Source: Acidobacteriota bacterium (GTDB taxonomy: Bacteria; Acidobacteriota; Thermoanaerobaculia; Gp7-AA8). Taken from it: 64,000 nt of DNA. Positions 18,285 through 29,831 of this stretch are shown in pieces (position 1 is the stretch's first letter; each line of letters begins with the position of its first letter). The translations under genes and the position numbers were made by a program. Below the pieces are notes generated by a model. That model saw only the letters and a program-made list of their open reading frames with translations, was not told the origin of the DNA and did no database searches. The stretch lies in contig JAFATB010000005.1 of the NCBI GenBank assembly GCA_019244185.1, positions 112,684-176,683 of the forward strand, written 5' to 3'.

Positions 18285-20009
18285 ATGCGCAGGATTCTCA
18301 TCGTCATCGCTCTCGCGTTCGCGACTCCGGCGTTCGCCGCGAATGACGTTTCCGCGGCGTGGATCAGCCGTCTGCCGGCCATCGACTACGTGTGGGACAG
18401 CGCGAATCCGCGCGTCGAAGGCTGGCCAGCCGAGGGCTCTTCGGTCACCTGGCAAGGCCACATCCGCAACCTCGGCGACAGCGACGTCACCATCGACTAT
18501 CAGTGGCGCCTCGACGGTCACGTCGAACGGCGAGGCGTCGTGACGATCGCCGCCGGCGCGCTGGCCACCGTCGACTTCCCGTGGACGTGGACGTTCGCGC
18601 GTCACCGCCTGCAGCTCGAGCTCGATCCGGCGAACGAGCTCGTGGAAACGGAAGAGCGGAACAACGACCTGCTCGTCTACACCGACTCGATCGCGGCCGG
18701 CTTCTGGATCGAGCAGAGCGTCTGGGACTACCTGCGCGGCCGTCTGCCGCAACTGCACGCGGGAGTGGCGTCGTTCGACGACTGGATCCAGCTGCGGATG
18801 CGCATGTTCAACGACATGGCGGCGGTCGCCATCTATCCCGAAACGCCGGACGGCGTGCTCGATCGCATGCGTGTCGAGAAGATCGTCGTCGTTCCCGACG
18901 GCACGCTGCCGCTCGGCGTTCTCCAGAACCCGCAGGGGAACGACCTCGCGGGACAGGCCGTGCACTTTCCCGATCCGAACGACCGCACCATCGACCTCGA
19001 ATGGGGCTACCCCGTCAAGCCGTCGCTCGCCAGCCTGCAGCATTTCAACGACGAGGCGTTCTTCGACGACTCGCTGCTGCACGAGCTCGGGCACGCGCGG
19101 TATCTCGTCGACGTCTACGGCTGGTACGTGCTCGACGCGCCGCCGCTGCACGTGGTCGATCTCGACGTGCCGCGCCAGAACGCGCAGGTGCACGACGTGT
19201 CGGAGCACGGGCTCATGGTGCAGCACTACACGTTCCTCGACCGCTACAGCGCGGCCGCGCTCAACCGCATCGCCGGCGCGCGCGCCACGCGCGGCCACTA
19301 CAACGAGCCCGAGAACCTCGGCAGCTTCCTCAACGATCTCCCCGCGCAGAACCGCGTCACGTTCGTCGACGCACAGGGACGCCCGCTCGCGAACAGGCAG
19401 GTGAAGATCTATCAGGCCACGGCACCGTCCGGACACTACGACGGCACCAATAGCCCGTACGGCAAGCACTACGACAACAACGCCGATCTCACCGTGCAGA
19501 CCGACGCGAACGGCGCGGCACTCGTCGGACGTAATCCGTTCTCGCACGGCGCGATCGTGCACACGAACGACTTCTCGAACGTGACCGCGATCATGCGCGC
19601 CGGCGATCAGTACGGCTTTCTCGAGTCGCTCGACTTCAACCTCGCCTGGTGGCGCGGCGAGCAGGAGCTCGCGAACCATACCGTCGTCGTCGGCGGCCCG
19701 AACTGCGCCGTGTCGCTGCAACCGTTCGTGACGTCGCCCAATCACGAATCGATCGTCGCGACGAACCGCGTGACGCTGACGTGGAGCCGCTCGACGATGC
19801 CCGGCACGACCTACACGCTGTTCGTGTCCGAAGACGATCAGAAGCCGCGCGTCGCCGGCACGACGACCGCGACGACGTTCACCGCCACGCTCGGCGGCGA
19901 CGTGCAGTGGTGGGTCGAGGCGAAGTATCCGAACGGCTGCGTGGAGCGTTCCGACACCGGCCGCTTCTCCGCGCCCCGCGCGCCGCGCCGGCGTGCTGTG
20001 CGGCCTTGA
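18285..20009 (+). CDS. secreted CARDB-domain zincin-like metallopeptidase with C-terminal PRRRAVRP tail
   Basis: Signal peptide (AFA-A), LDPANELVETEERNN (CARDB), LLHELGH (HExxH). Confidence 0.7.
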   Translation: MRRILIVIALAFATPAFAANDVSAAWISRLPAIDYVWDSANPRVEGWPAEGSSVTWQGHIRNLGDSDVTIDYQWRLDGHVERRGVVTIAAGALATVDFPWTWTFARHRLQLELDPANELVETEERNNDLLVYTDSIAAGFWIEQSVWDYLRGRLPQLHAGVASFDDWIQLRMRMFNDMAAVAIYPETPDGVLDRMRVEKIVVVPDGTLPLGVLQNPQGNDLAGQAVHFPDPNDRTIDLEWGYPVKPSLASLQHFNDEAFFDDSLLHELGHARYLVDVYGWYVLDAPPLHVVDLDVPRQNAQVHDVSEHGLMVQHYTFLDRYSAAALNRIAGARATRGHYNEPENLGSFLNDLPAQNRVTFVDAQGRPLANRQVKIYQATAPSGHYDGTNSPYGKHYDNNADLTVQTDANGAALVGRNPFSHGAIVHTNDFSNVTAIMRAGDQYGFLESLDFNLAWWRGEQELANHTVVVGGPNCAVSLQPFVTSPNHESIVATNRVTLTWSRSTMPGTTYTLFVSEDDQKPRVAGTTTATTFTATLGGDVQWWVEAKYPNGCVERSDTGRFSAPRAPRRRAVRP

Positions 20010-20020
20010 GCGAACGACGA

Positions 20021-20163
20021 GGAGCGCCTCCGGCGGGGCGGCGCGGCCGCCTGCGCTTAGGCTGGCACGTGCGGCTGCTCTGAACGACGTTCCCGGCAGC
20101 AACACGTGCGTCTAGGCTAGGCCCTGAGCGCAGGCGGCCGCGCCGCCCCGCCGGAGGCGCTCC
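20021..20163. repeat. MITE/REPIN-like long inverted-repeat element, copy 1
   Basis: 37-bp perfect terminal inverted repeat GGAGCGCCTCCGGCGGGGCGGCGCGGCCGCCTGCGCT between convergent genes; homologous to 26654-26806. Confidence 0.85.
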
Positions 20164-20175
20164 CGGTCGCTCCCG

Positions 20176-21051
20176 TCAACGCCCGAATGTGTCGCAGTCG
20201 CTGATCTTGCCGGACTCAAAGCCGCGGCGGAACCATTGGGCGCGTTGTTCGGACGAACCGTGCGTCCACTTCTCCGGGTTCACGGCGCGTCCGGACATTC
20301 GCTGGATGCGATCGTCGCCGACGGCCGCGGCGGCGGCGAGACCTTCATCGACGTCGCCTGACTCGAGGATGTTGCGTTGTTCGGTGGAGTGGCCCCAGAT
20401 GCCGGCGAAGCAATCCGCCTGCAATTCGAGGCGCACCGAATATTCGTTCGCGCGGGATGGATCGTTCTGTTCGGCGTTGTGCACCTTGTCGGAGATGCCG
20501 ATCAGATTCTGGATGTGATGTCCGACTTCATGCGCGAGGACGTACGCCTGCGCGAAGTCGCCCGACGCGCCGAAGCGCTGCTGCAGCTCGTCGTAGAACC
20601 CGAGATCGATGTAGACCTTGCCGTCGTTGGGGCAGTAGAACGGACCGGAGGCGGCTTGACCGTAGCCGCAGCCGGTATCGGTCGCGTCGCGGAAGAGCAC
20701 GAGCGTCGTCTTCTGATACCGGACGCCCTTCTGATCGAGCGTCTGCGCCCACGTCTTCTGCAGATCGTCGAGCACGAACGAGACGAACTGCACTTCCTTC
20801 GCCTCGGCGGGCGACTGGTTCGCGGGCGGCGTCTGTTCGCCCGGCGCGCGTTGTTGCTGTTGTACCGCGCCGCCGCCGCCCGAGCCGTCGAAGAGGGCGA
20901 AGAAATTCTTGCCCGTCAGAAGGCTGAGCACGAGCAGCACGATTGCGCCGCCGCAGCCGATCGTCGGTCCGCGGCCGAAGCCGAATCCGCCGCCGCTGCT
21001 TCCGCGGCGATCTTCGATGTCCGAGCTGACTCCGCCTGGTGTCCATCGCAT
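20176..21051 (-). CDS. neutral zinc metallopeptidase (YpfJ family)
   Basis: SSDIEDRRG, GPFYCPND, GDFAQAYVLAHEVGHH, ELQADCFAG, THGSSEQR. Confidence 0.92.
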   Translation of the reverse strand: MRWTPGGVSSDIEDRRGSSGGGFGFGRGPTIGCGGAIVLLVLSLLTGKNFFALFDGSGGGGAVQQQQRAPGEQTPPANQSPAEAKEVQFVSFVLDDLQKTWAQTLDQKGVRYQKTTLVLFRDATDTGCGYGQAASGPFYCPNDGKVYIDLGFYDELQQRFGASGDFAQAYVLAHEVGHHIQNLIGISDKVHNAEQNDPSRANEYSVRLELQADCFAGIWGHSTEQRNILESGDVDEGLAAAAAVGDDRIQRMSGRAVNPEKWTHGSSEQRAQWFRRGFESGKISDCDTFGR

Positions 21052-21132
21052 GACGGAACGCTCTAGCAGAAGCGAGGCCAGCTGGCGTGTTTCTCTTCGG
21101 ACGAGCCGCGCGTCTAAGCGTGCAAAAGGAGA

Positions 21133-22770
21133 ATGACCATGCGACGAATGGCTCTCGGGCTTGTGGCAGCGGCGGCGCTGCTGCTGGCGTCCTGTCAGAA
21201 GAATACGGCGGTCACGGACGTGCCGATGAGCGCGGAGAACGGCGGATACGCGTATCCCGTCGCGGCGCCGCCACCGCCGCAGCAGCGGGCGGCGAACGCG
21301 GGCGACACCGCGTTGTTCGACGCGAAAGAGCGCGACGTCCCGATGAAGACCGAAGAGTACGGCCGCATCGAGGAGAACACCTTCCTCCGTCCCGCCGACA
21401 ACCCGCTCTCCACCTTCTCCATCGACGTCGACCGCGCGTCGTACGCGAACGTGCGCCGGCTGCTGACGGCCGGCGAGCGTCCGCCGCGCGATGCCGTGCG
21501 CATCGAGGAGATGGTCAACTACTTTACGTACGATTATCCCGATCCTTCAGGCAGCGATCCCTTCTCCATCACCACCGAGCTCGCGGCGTGTCCGTGGCAG
21601 AAGGACCATCGCCTGCTCCTCATCGGCCTGCAGGCGAAGCATCTCCGCACCGAGAACCTGCCGCCGAACAATCTGGTCTTCCTCATCGACACCTCGGGAT
21701 CCATGGACGAGCCGGACAAGCTGCCGCTGGTGCAGAGCGCGATGAGCCTTCTCGTCGATCAGCTGCGTCCGCAGGACCGCGTGGCCATCGTCACCTACGC
21801 GGGCAGCGCGGGACTCGTGCTGCCGTCAACGCCGGGCTCGGAGAAAGGCGCGATCCTCTCCGCGCTCGAAAACCTGCAGGCCGGCGGCTCGACCGCGGGC
21901 GGACAAGGCATCGTGCTCGCCTACGAAACCGCGAAAGCGAACTTCCTTCCGAAGGGCAACAACCGCGTGATCCTCGCCACCGACGGCGACTTCAACGTCG
22001 GTGTCACCAGCGACGGCGAGCTCGAACAGCTCATCGAATCGAAGCGCAACGACGGCATCTTCCTCACCGTCCTCGGATTCGGCACCGGCAACATCAAAGA
22101 CTCGAAGATGGAGCTGCTGGCCGACAAGGGCAACGGCAACTACTCGTACATCGATACGATCGCCGAGGCGCGGAAATCGCTCGTGCAGGAGATGGGTGCG
22201 ACGCTCTTCACGGTCGCGAAAGACGTGAAGATTCAGGTCGAGTTCAATCCCTCGCAGGTCGGCGCGTACCGGCTCATCGGCTACGAGAATCGCCTGCTCC
22301 GCGCCGAAGACTTCAACAACGACAAGAAGGACGCGGGCGAGCTCGGCGCCGGACATTCGGTGACCGCGCTCTACGAGATCATTCCTCCGGGCGGCGACAT
22401 CCCGAACGCGAGCGTCGATCCGCTGAAGTACCAGAGCATCTCCGCGCAGCACTCCGGCGGCAGCGAGCTCGCGACCGTGAAGCTCCGCTACAAAGAGCCG
22501 GACGGCGACACGAGCAAGCTGCTCACCGAAGTCGTCGGCGCGGCGCCGGAACCTGCGCTGTCGGACAACCTGCGCCTCGCCGCGTCGGTCGCCGAGCTCG
22601 GCATGATCCTGCGCGGCTCGACGAACAAAGGAGACGCGTCGTTCGACGACGTCGAGCAGCTCGCGCGCTCGATCCGCGCGCGCGACGACAACGGCTATCG
22701 CGCCGACTTCCTCCAGCTCGTCGCGAAGGCGAAGGAAACCGGCGGCGTCGAACGCGTCGCATCTCAGTAG
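21133..22770 (+). CDS. VWA-domain lipoprotein (YfbK-like)
   Basis: Lipobox LASC; PLSTFSIDVDRASY, LIDTSGSM (MIDAS), ATDGDFNVG, YRLIGYENR. Confidence 0.9.
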   Translation: MTMRRMALGLVAAAALLLASCQKNTAVTDVPMSAENGGYAYPVAAPPPPQQRAANAGDTALFDAKERDVPMKTEEYGRIEENTFLRPADNPLSTFSIDVDRASYANVRRLLTAGERPPRDAVRIEEMVNYFTYDYPDPSGSDPFSITTELAACPWQKDHRLLLIGLQAKHLRTENLPPNNLVFLIDTSGSMDEPDKLPLVQSAMSLLVDQLRPQDRVAIVTYAGSAGLVLPSTPGSEKGAILSALENLQAGGSTAGGQGIVLAYETAKANFLPKGNNRVILATDGDFNVGVTSDGELEQLIESKRNDGIFLTVLGFGTGNIKDSKMELLADKGNGNYSYIDTIAEARKSLVQEMGATLFTVAKDVKIQVEFNPSQVGAYRLIGYENRLLRAEDFNNDKKDAGELGAGHSVTALYEIIPPGGDIPNASVDPLKYQSISAQHSGGSELATVKLRYKEPDGDTSKLLTEVVGAAPEPALSDNLRLAASVAELGMILRGSTNKGDASFDDVEQLARSIRARDDNGYRADFLQLVAKAKETGGVERVASQ

Positions 22771-22781
22771 AATCACGCGCC

Positions 22782-23975
22782 ATGCGCGCGCTGATCGCTG
22801 CCCTGCTCTTCGCCACGAACCTTCTCGCCGCGCCCGTCGTCATCCGCGCTCCGCGCGTGATCGACGGGCGCGGTCGTCTGCTGCAGAACGCCGCGGTGGT
22901 CGTCGACGGCGGAAAGATCGTCGCCATCGACGAACATCCGACGCGCGCCGATATCGACCTGAAAGACGCGACGCTGATGCCGGGCGGCGTCGACACGCAC
23001 GTGCACATCGCGTGGCACTTCGACGCCGACGGCCGCTCGCACGATGACGAAACGGACCGCAACGAGACGCCGGCGGAGAGCGCGCTGTTCGCGGCCGAGA
23101 ACGCGTATCGCACGGTGATGGGCGGCATCACGACGGTGCAGTCGCTCGGCGCACCGATCGACAAGCCGCTGCGCGACGCGATCGCGCGCGGCACGCTGCC
23201 CGGGCCGCGCATCCTCACGGCCATCGATCCGCTGTACGACGAGAAGCTCTCCGTCGCGGAGCTGCGCACGCAGGTCGACAAGGCCGCGGACGAAGGCGCG
23301 GACGTGATCAAAGTGTTCGCGTCGCAGAGCATCCGCACCGGCGGCGGACCGACGATGTCGCAGGAGCAGATGGACACGATCTGCGCCGAGGCGAAGGCGC
23401 GCGGGCTGCGCGTGGCGGTGCACGCGCATGGACCGGAGAGCGTGAAACGCGCGGTGCTCGCGGGCTGCACGTCGATCGAGCACGGCGCGCTCATCGGCCA
23501 GCCCGAGCTCGATCTCATGGCGGCGCACGGGACGTACTTCGATCCGAACACCGACCTCGTCTTCCGCAATTACTTCGAGAACAAGTCGCACTTCCTCGGC
23601 ATCGGCAGCTACACCGCGGAAGGTTTCGCCGCGATGGAGAACGCGGTGCCGCGCGTCCTCGACGTCTTTCAGAAAGGGCTGAAGACGAAAGGGCTGAAGA
23701 TCGTGTTCGGCACCGACGCCGTCGCCGGCGCGCACGGCCGCAATTTTCAGGAGCTCGAATACCGCGTGCGCACCGGCGGCCAGAATCCGATGGACGCGAT
23801 CACGTCCGCCACGTCACTCTCCGCCGAGTCCCTCGGCCTCGGCAATCGCATCGGCACGCTCGCGCCGGGCTACGACGCGGACCTGATCGCGGTCGCGGGT
23901 GATCCGCTGAAGGACATCGGCGCGCTCGAGCACGTCGTCCTCGTGATGAAGGGCGGCCAGATCTTCAAGCGCTGA
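22782..23975 (+). CDS. secreted amidohydrolase family protein
   Basis: PGGVDTHVH, VAVHAHG, SIEHG, FGTDA, GTLAPGYDADLIAV; start re-chosen at ATG 22782. Confidence 0.9.
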   Translation: MRALIAALLFATNLLAAPVVIRAPRVIDGRGRLLQNAAVVVDGGKIVAIDEHPTRADIDLKDATLMPGGVDTHVHIAWHFDADGRSHDDETDRNETPAESALFAAENAYRTVMGGITTVQSLGAPIDKPLRDAIARGTLPGPRILTAIDPLYDEKLSVAELRTQVDKAADEGADVIKVFASQSIRTGGGPTMSQEQMDTICAEAKARGLRVAVHAHGPESVKRAVLAGCTSIEHGALIGQPELDLMAAHGTYFDPNTDLVFRNYFENKSHFLGIGSYTAEGFAAMENAVPRVLDVFQKGLKTKGLKIVFGTDAVAGAHGRNFQELEYRVRTGGQNPMDAITSATSLSAESLGLGNRIGTLAPGYDADLIAVAGDPLKDIGALEHVVLVMKGGQIFKR

Positions 23976-23984
23976 CGCGCGCGC

Positions 23985-26129
23985 TCACGCGAGATCCTCG
24001 GCACGGATCGGCAGCTTGCGCACGCGCTTCCCCGTCGCGGCGTGAATCGCGTTCACAAGCGCCGGCACCATCGGCGGCACGGGCGGCTCGCCGGCGCCGA
24101 ACGGCGTGTCGCCGTGGCTCGGGATCAGATGCACTTCGATCTTCGGCGCCTCGTCGATGCGCAGCACTTCGAAGTCGCGATAGCTCGACTGCTCGGCGCC
24201 GCCGTTGCGGAACGTGAGCTCGCTCTTCAGCGCCGACGAGAGACTCCAGATCACGCCGCCTTCGACCTGCGCCTCGATGCCCGCGGGATTGACGACGACG
24301 CCGCAGTCGAAGACGCAGACGACGCGATCGACGCGAATCTTTCCTTCGCGCACGGTGACTTCGGCGCTGTACGCGACGTGCGTGTCGCCGTCATAGACGT
24401 TGCACGCCATCCCGCGGCCGGAGCCTTTCGGCAGCGGCTTGCCCCAGTCGGATTTCGCGCGCAGCGTTTCGAGCACGCGGCGCAGACGCGGGCGATCGAT
24501 CGTGACGTCGCCGGCCGTGAGCTTCTCCGCGCCGCCGAGGTGCGCGAGCCGGAACTCGATCGGATCGAGGCCGGCGGCGTGCGCGAGCTCGTCGAGGAAA
24601 CTCTCTCGCGCGAAGGTCGACGACGGCGAGAACACCGCACGCCACGGTCCGATCGGCACCGGCGTCGCGACGGGAAGGTACGCGGTCTCGATGAACGGGA
24701 TGTCGTACGGCACGTCGTAGACGCCCCACGAGATGTCGCGGAAGAACGTCGGATCCTGCATCTGCTCGGCGGTCGGCTTCGAGCGCGCGTTGTGCGGCGA
24801 CGAGACTTTCTTGTGCGACCACGAGACGAGCTTGCCGTCGGCGTCGAAGCCCGCGCTCATCTGATGCAGCGACGCCGCCTGGAAGTAGCCGTGCTTCATG
24901 TCGTCCGCGCGGCTCCAGAGCACCTGCACCGGACCACCGCCGGCGGCTTTCGATACTTCCGCCGCTTCGACCGCGTAGTCCCAGCCGAGGCGGCGACCGA
25001 AGCCGCCGCCGATGAGCGTGACGTGCACGGTGACGTTGTCCTGCGGGATGCCGAGGAGCGTCGCGACGTTTTTGCGGACATCCTGCGGCGCCTGCGTCGG
25101 TGACCAGAGCTCGCAGCGATCGCCGCGCACATCGGCGACGGTGTTCATCGTCTCGACCGGCGCGTGCGCGTAGAACGGATACTGATACGTGCTCTCGATG
25201 CGCTTCACGACCGGCGACGAAATGCTGCCGTCTTTGCGCGTCGTGAAGCCGGGCTGCGCCGCCGCCTCGCGCATGCGCTGCGCGTGGAGCGCGGAGCTGA
25301 ACTCCGCGTTCGGTCCCGCGTCGAAGACGACGTCGAGCGCTTCGCGTCCTTTGAGCGCGGCCCACGTGTGGTCCGCGATGACCGCGACGCCGGTCGAGAC
25401 CTGCACGACCGCGCGGACGCCGGCGATTTTCTTCGCGCGCGTCGCATCGAACGACTTGACCGAGCCGCCGAGCACCGGCGGACGCACGACGGTCGCGTAA
25501 CGCATGCGCGGCACGCGCACGTCGATGCCGTACCGCGCGCGGCCGGTGACGATGTCGTGGCCATCGAGACGTCGCGTCGCTTTGCCGATGATGCGGAACT
25601 CGCTCGCGTTCTTCAGCGGCACGTTTTCCGGCACCGGCAACGCCGCCGCTGCGGCAACGAGTTCGCCGTACGGAATGCGCTGCTGCAGCACATCAGACAC
25701 GACAAAGCCGCGCTCCGCGCGCAGCGACGCGCGCTCGACGCCGAGACGCGCCGCGGCCGCGGTCAGCAACAACTCGCGCGCGGTCGCGCCGGCCTGCCGC
25801 AACGGCTTCCACTGCGACTGCACGCTGAAGCTGCCGCCGGTGCCGAGACTGCGATACTGCGGCCCCGGCGAGGCCTGCTCGAGCCGGACCTTGGTCCAGT
25901 CGGCTTCCAGCTCTTCCGCGAGAATCATCGGCAGCGACGTCCGCACGCCCTGCCCCATCTCCGACTTGCCGACGACGATCGTCACCGTGCCGTCCGCCGC
26001 GATGCGTACCCACGCGTTGGGCTGGAACACCTTCCCGTCATCCGCATCGGCCTCGTCAAACCGAAACCCGATCGCGAGCGCGGATCCCGCGAGCAGCGAC
26101 ACTTTCAAAAACTCGCGGCGCGTGGTCAC
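23985..26129 (-). CDS. xanthine dehydrogenase family molybdopterin subunit (IorB-like), Tat signal
   Basis: TRREFLK twin-arginine, KSEMGQGV, TGGS, GGGFGRR, GAGEPPVP; GTG start 26129. Confidence 0.9.
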   Translation of the reverse strand: MTTRREFLKVSLLAGSALAIGFRFDEADADDGKVFQPNAWVRIAADGTVTIVVGKSEMGQGVRTSLPMILAEELEADWTKVRLEQASPGPQYRSLGTGGSFSVQSQWKPLRQAGATARELLLTAAAARLGVERASLRAERGFVVSDVLQQRIPYGELVAAAAALPVPENVPLKNASEFRIIGKATRRLDGHDIVTGRARYGIDVRVPRMRYATVVRPPVLGGSVKSFDATRAKKIAGVRAVVQVSTGVAVIADHTWAALKGREALDVVFDAGPNAEFSSALHAQRMREAAAQPGFTTRKDGSISSPVVKRIESTYQYPFYAHAPVETMNTVADVRGDRCELWSPTQAPQDVRKNVATLLGIPQDNVTVHVTLIGGGFGRRLGWDYAVEAAEVSKAAGGGPVQVLWSRADDMKHGYFQAASLHQMSAGFDADGKLVSWSHKKVSSPHNARSKPTAEQMQDPTFFRDISWGVYDVPYDIPFIETAYLPVATPVPIGPWRAVFSPSSTFARESFLDELAHAAGLDPIEFRLAHLGGAEKLTAGDVTIDRPRLRRVLETLRAKSDWGKPLPKGSGRGMACNVYDGDTHVAYSAEVTVREGKIRVDRVVCVFDCGVVVNPAGIEAQVEGGVIWSLSSALKSELTFRNGGAEQSSYRDFEVLRIDEAPKIEVHLIPSHGDTPFGAGEPPVPPMVPALVNAIHAATGKRVRKLPIRAEDLA

Positions 26130-26590
26130 TTCGTGCCTCCGAGCTTCGCCGCCGTATGCACCGCGCGACGAATGCGCACGTACGTTCCGCACCGGCACAC
26201 GGAGTCGCGCAACGCCGCGTCGATGTCCGCATCGCTCGGCTTCGGCGTCCGCCGCAGCAGCGCACACGCGTTCATGATCATCCCCGCCTGGCAATAGCCA
26301 CATTGCGAGACGTCCTCTTCCAACCACGCGCGCTGACACGGATGCGTGCCGTCGCTCGACAATCCTTCAATCGTCGTGAACCGCTTCCCCTGCGCCTCCG
26401 CCGCCGTGACCTGACACGCCCGCACCGCACGATCGCCTTCGAGCACCGTGCACGCGCCGCACACGCCAACCCCACACCCGAACTTCGTCCCGGTCATGCC
26501 GAGCAGGTCACGCAGGATCCATAACAACGGCATCGCGCCGTCGACATCGACCGCCTCGTCCCGCCCATTGACGCTGAACCGGATCGTCAT
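26126..26590 (-). CDS. (2Fe-2S)-binding subunit (IorA-like)
   Basis: GTKFGCGVGVCGAC, QCGYCQAG, CRCGTY. Confidence 0.93.
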   Translation of the reverse strand: MTIRFSVNGRDEAVDVDGAMPLLWILRDLLGMTGTKFGCGVGVCGACTVLEGDRAVRACQVTAAEAQGKRFTTIEGLSSDGTHPCQRAWLEEDVSQCGYCQAGMIMNACALLRRTPKPSDADIDAALRDSVCRCGTYVRIRRAVHTAAKLGGTK

Positions 26591-26653
26591 GCGCCAACGG
26601 TAGCGAACGTTGCACGGACGGTGTGCGCAACATCTGGTGAACGGATGTGACGA

Positions 26654-26806
26654 AGAGCGCCTCCGGCGGGGCGGCGCGGCCGCCAGCGCTAAGGGCTTAG
26701 CCAGTACGCACGTGCGGCTGCAGTCAACGTCGTTCAGCGCGACCGCACGTGCGTACTGGCTAAGCCCTTAGCGCTGCCGGCCGCGCCGGCCCGCCGGAGG
26801 CGCTCT
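26654..26806. repeat. MITE/REPIN-like long inverted-repeat element, copy 2
   Basis: ~64-bp arms (AGAGCGCCTCCGGCGGG...GCACGTGCGG) with two mismatches around a ~25-nt spacer; same termini as copy 1. Confidence 0.88.
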
Positions 26807-26812
26807 AGGTCG

Positions 26813-27157
26813 TTACTCCAATAACAGCGTAACGAGTGCAGCCGCGTCGTACGTGTCGCCGAGTAGTTCACGCACGATGGTGCGGGTGTCGTCGTTTTCC
26901 TGGGCTTCACCGATCAGCGACGCGAGCACGCGGCGGAGGTCGCCGTGGAGCAGGTCGGTTTCGCCGCGGAGCACGTCGGCGACGAGGGCGGCTTTCGAGG
27001 GCCAGCGGCGGTAGATCGTCGTTTTCGCGACGCCGGCGCGGCGGGCGATCTCGTCGAGCGTGATTGCGCCGTAGCGTTGCGTGCGGAGGAGCTCCGCGGC
27101 GGCGCCGAGGATGTCCGCGTCCGATTCGGCGCGACGGGGGCGGCCGCGGGGTGCCAT
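26813..27157 (-). CDS. short TetR/AcrR family regulator
   Basis: RGRPR...ITLDEIARRAGVAKTTIYRRWPSK HTH; only 114 aa. Confidence 0.8.
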   Translation of the reverse strand: MAPRGRPRRAESDADILGAAAELLRTQRYGAITLDEIARRAGVAKTTIYRRWPSKAALVADVLRGETDLLHGDLRRVLASLIGEAQENDDTRTIVRELLGDTYDAAALVTLLLE

Positions 27158-27161
27158 CGCG

Positions 27162-29726
<2,565 letters not shown>

Positions 29727-29787
29727 ACTCCCAGCTTCTTCGACGCGAGTGTAGCACGCACGACGCGTGCCGTGATGCAGTCAACGC

Positions 29788-29822
29788 GCGGCCGCGCGCG
29801 AGTTCAATGCGCGCGCGGCCGC
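29788..29822 (-). terminator. GC-rich hairpin downstream of the cupredoxin-domain gene
   Basis: 13-bp perfect stem GCGGCCGCGCGCG/CGCGCGCGGCCGC, 9-nt loop; no U-tract. Confidence 0.4.
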
Positions 29823-29831
29823 AGCATGCGA

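Noticed and set aside
20021-26806. The two inverted-repeat elements as ends of a composite transposon or as CRISPR repeats
   Set aside because: No transposase between them, each is self-complementary, and there is no repeat-spacer periodicity or cas gene
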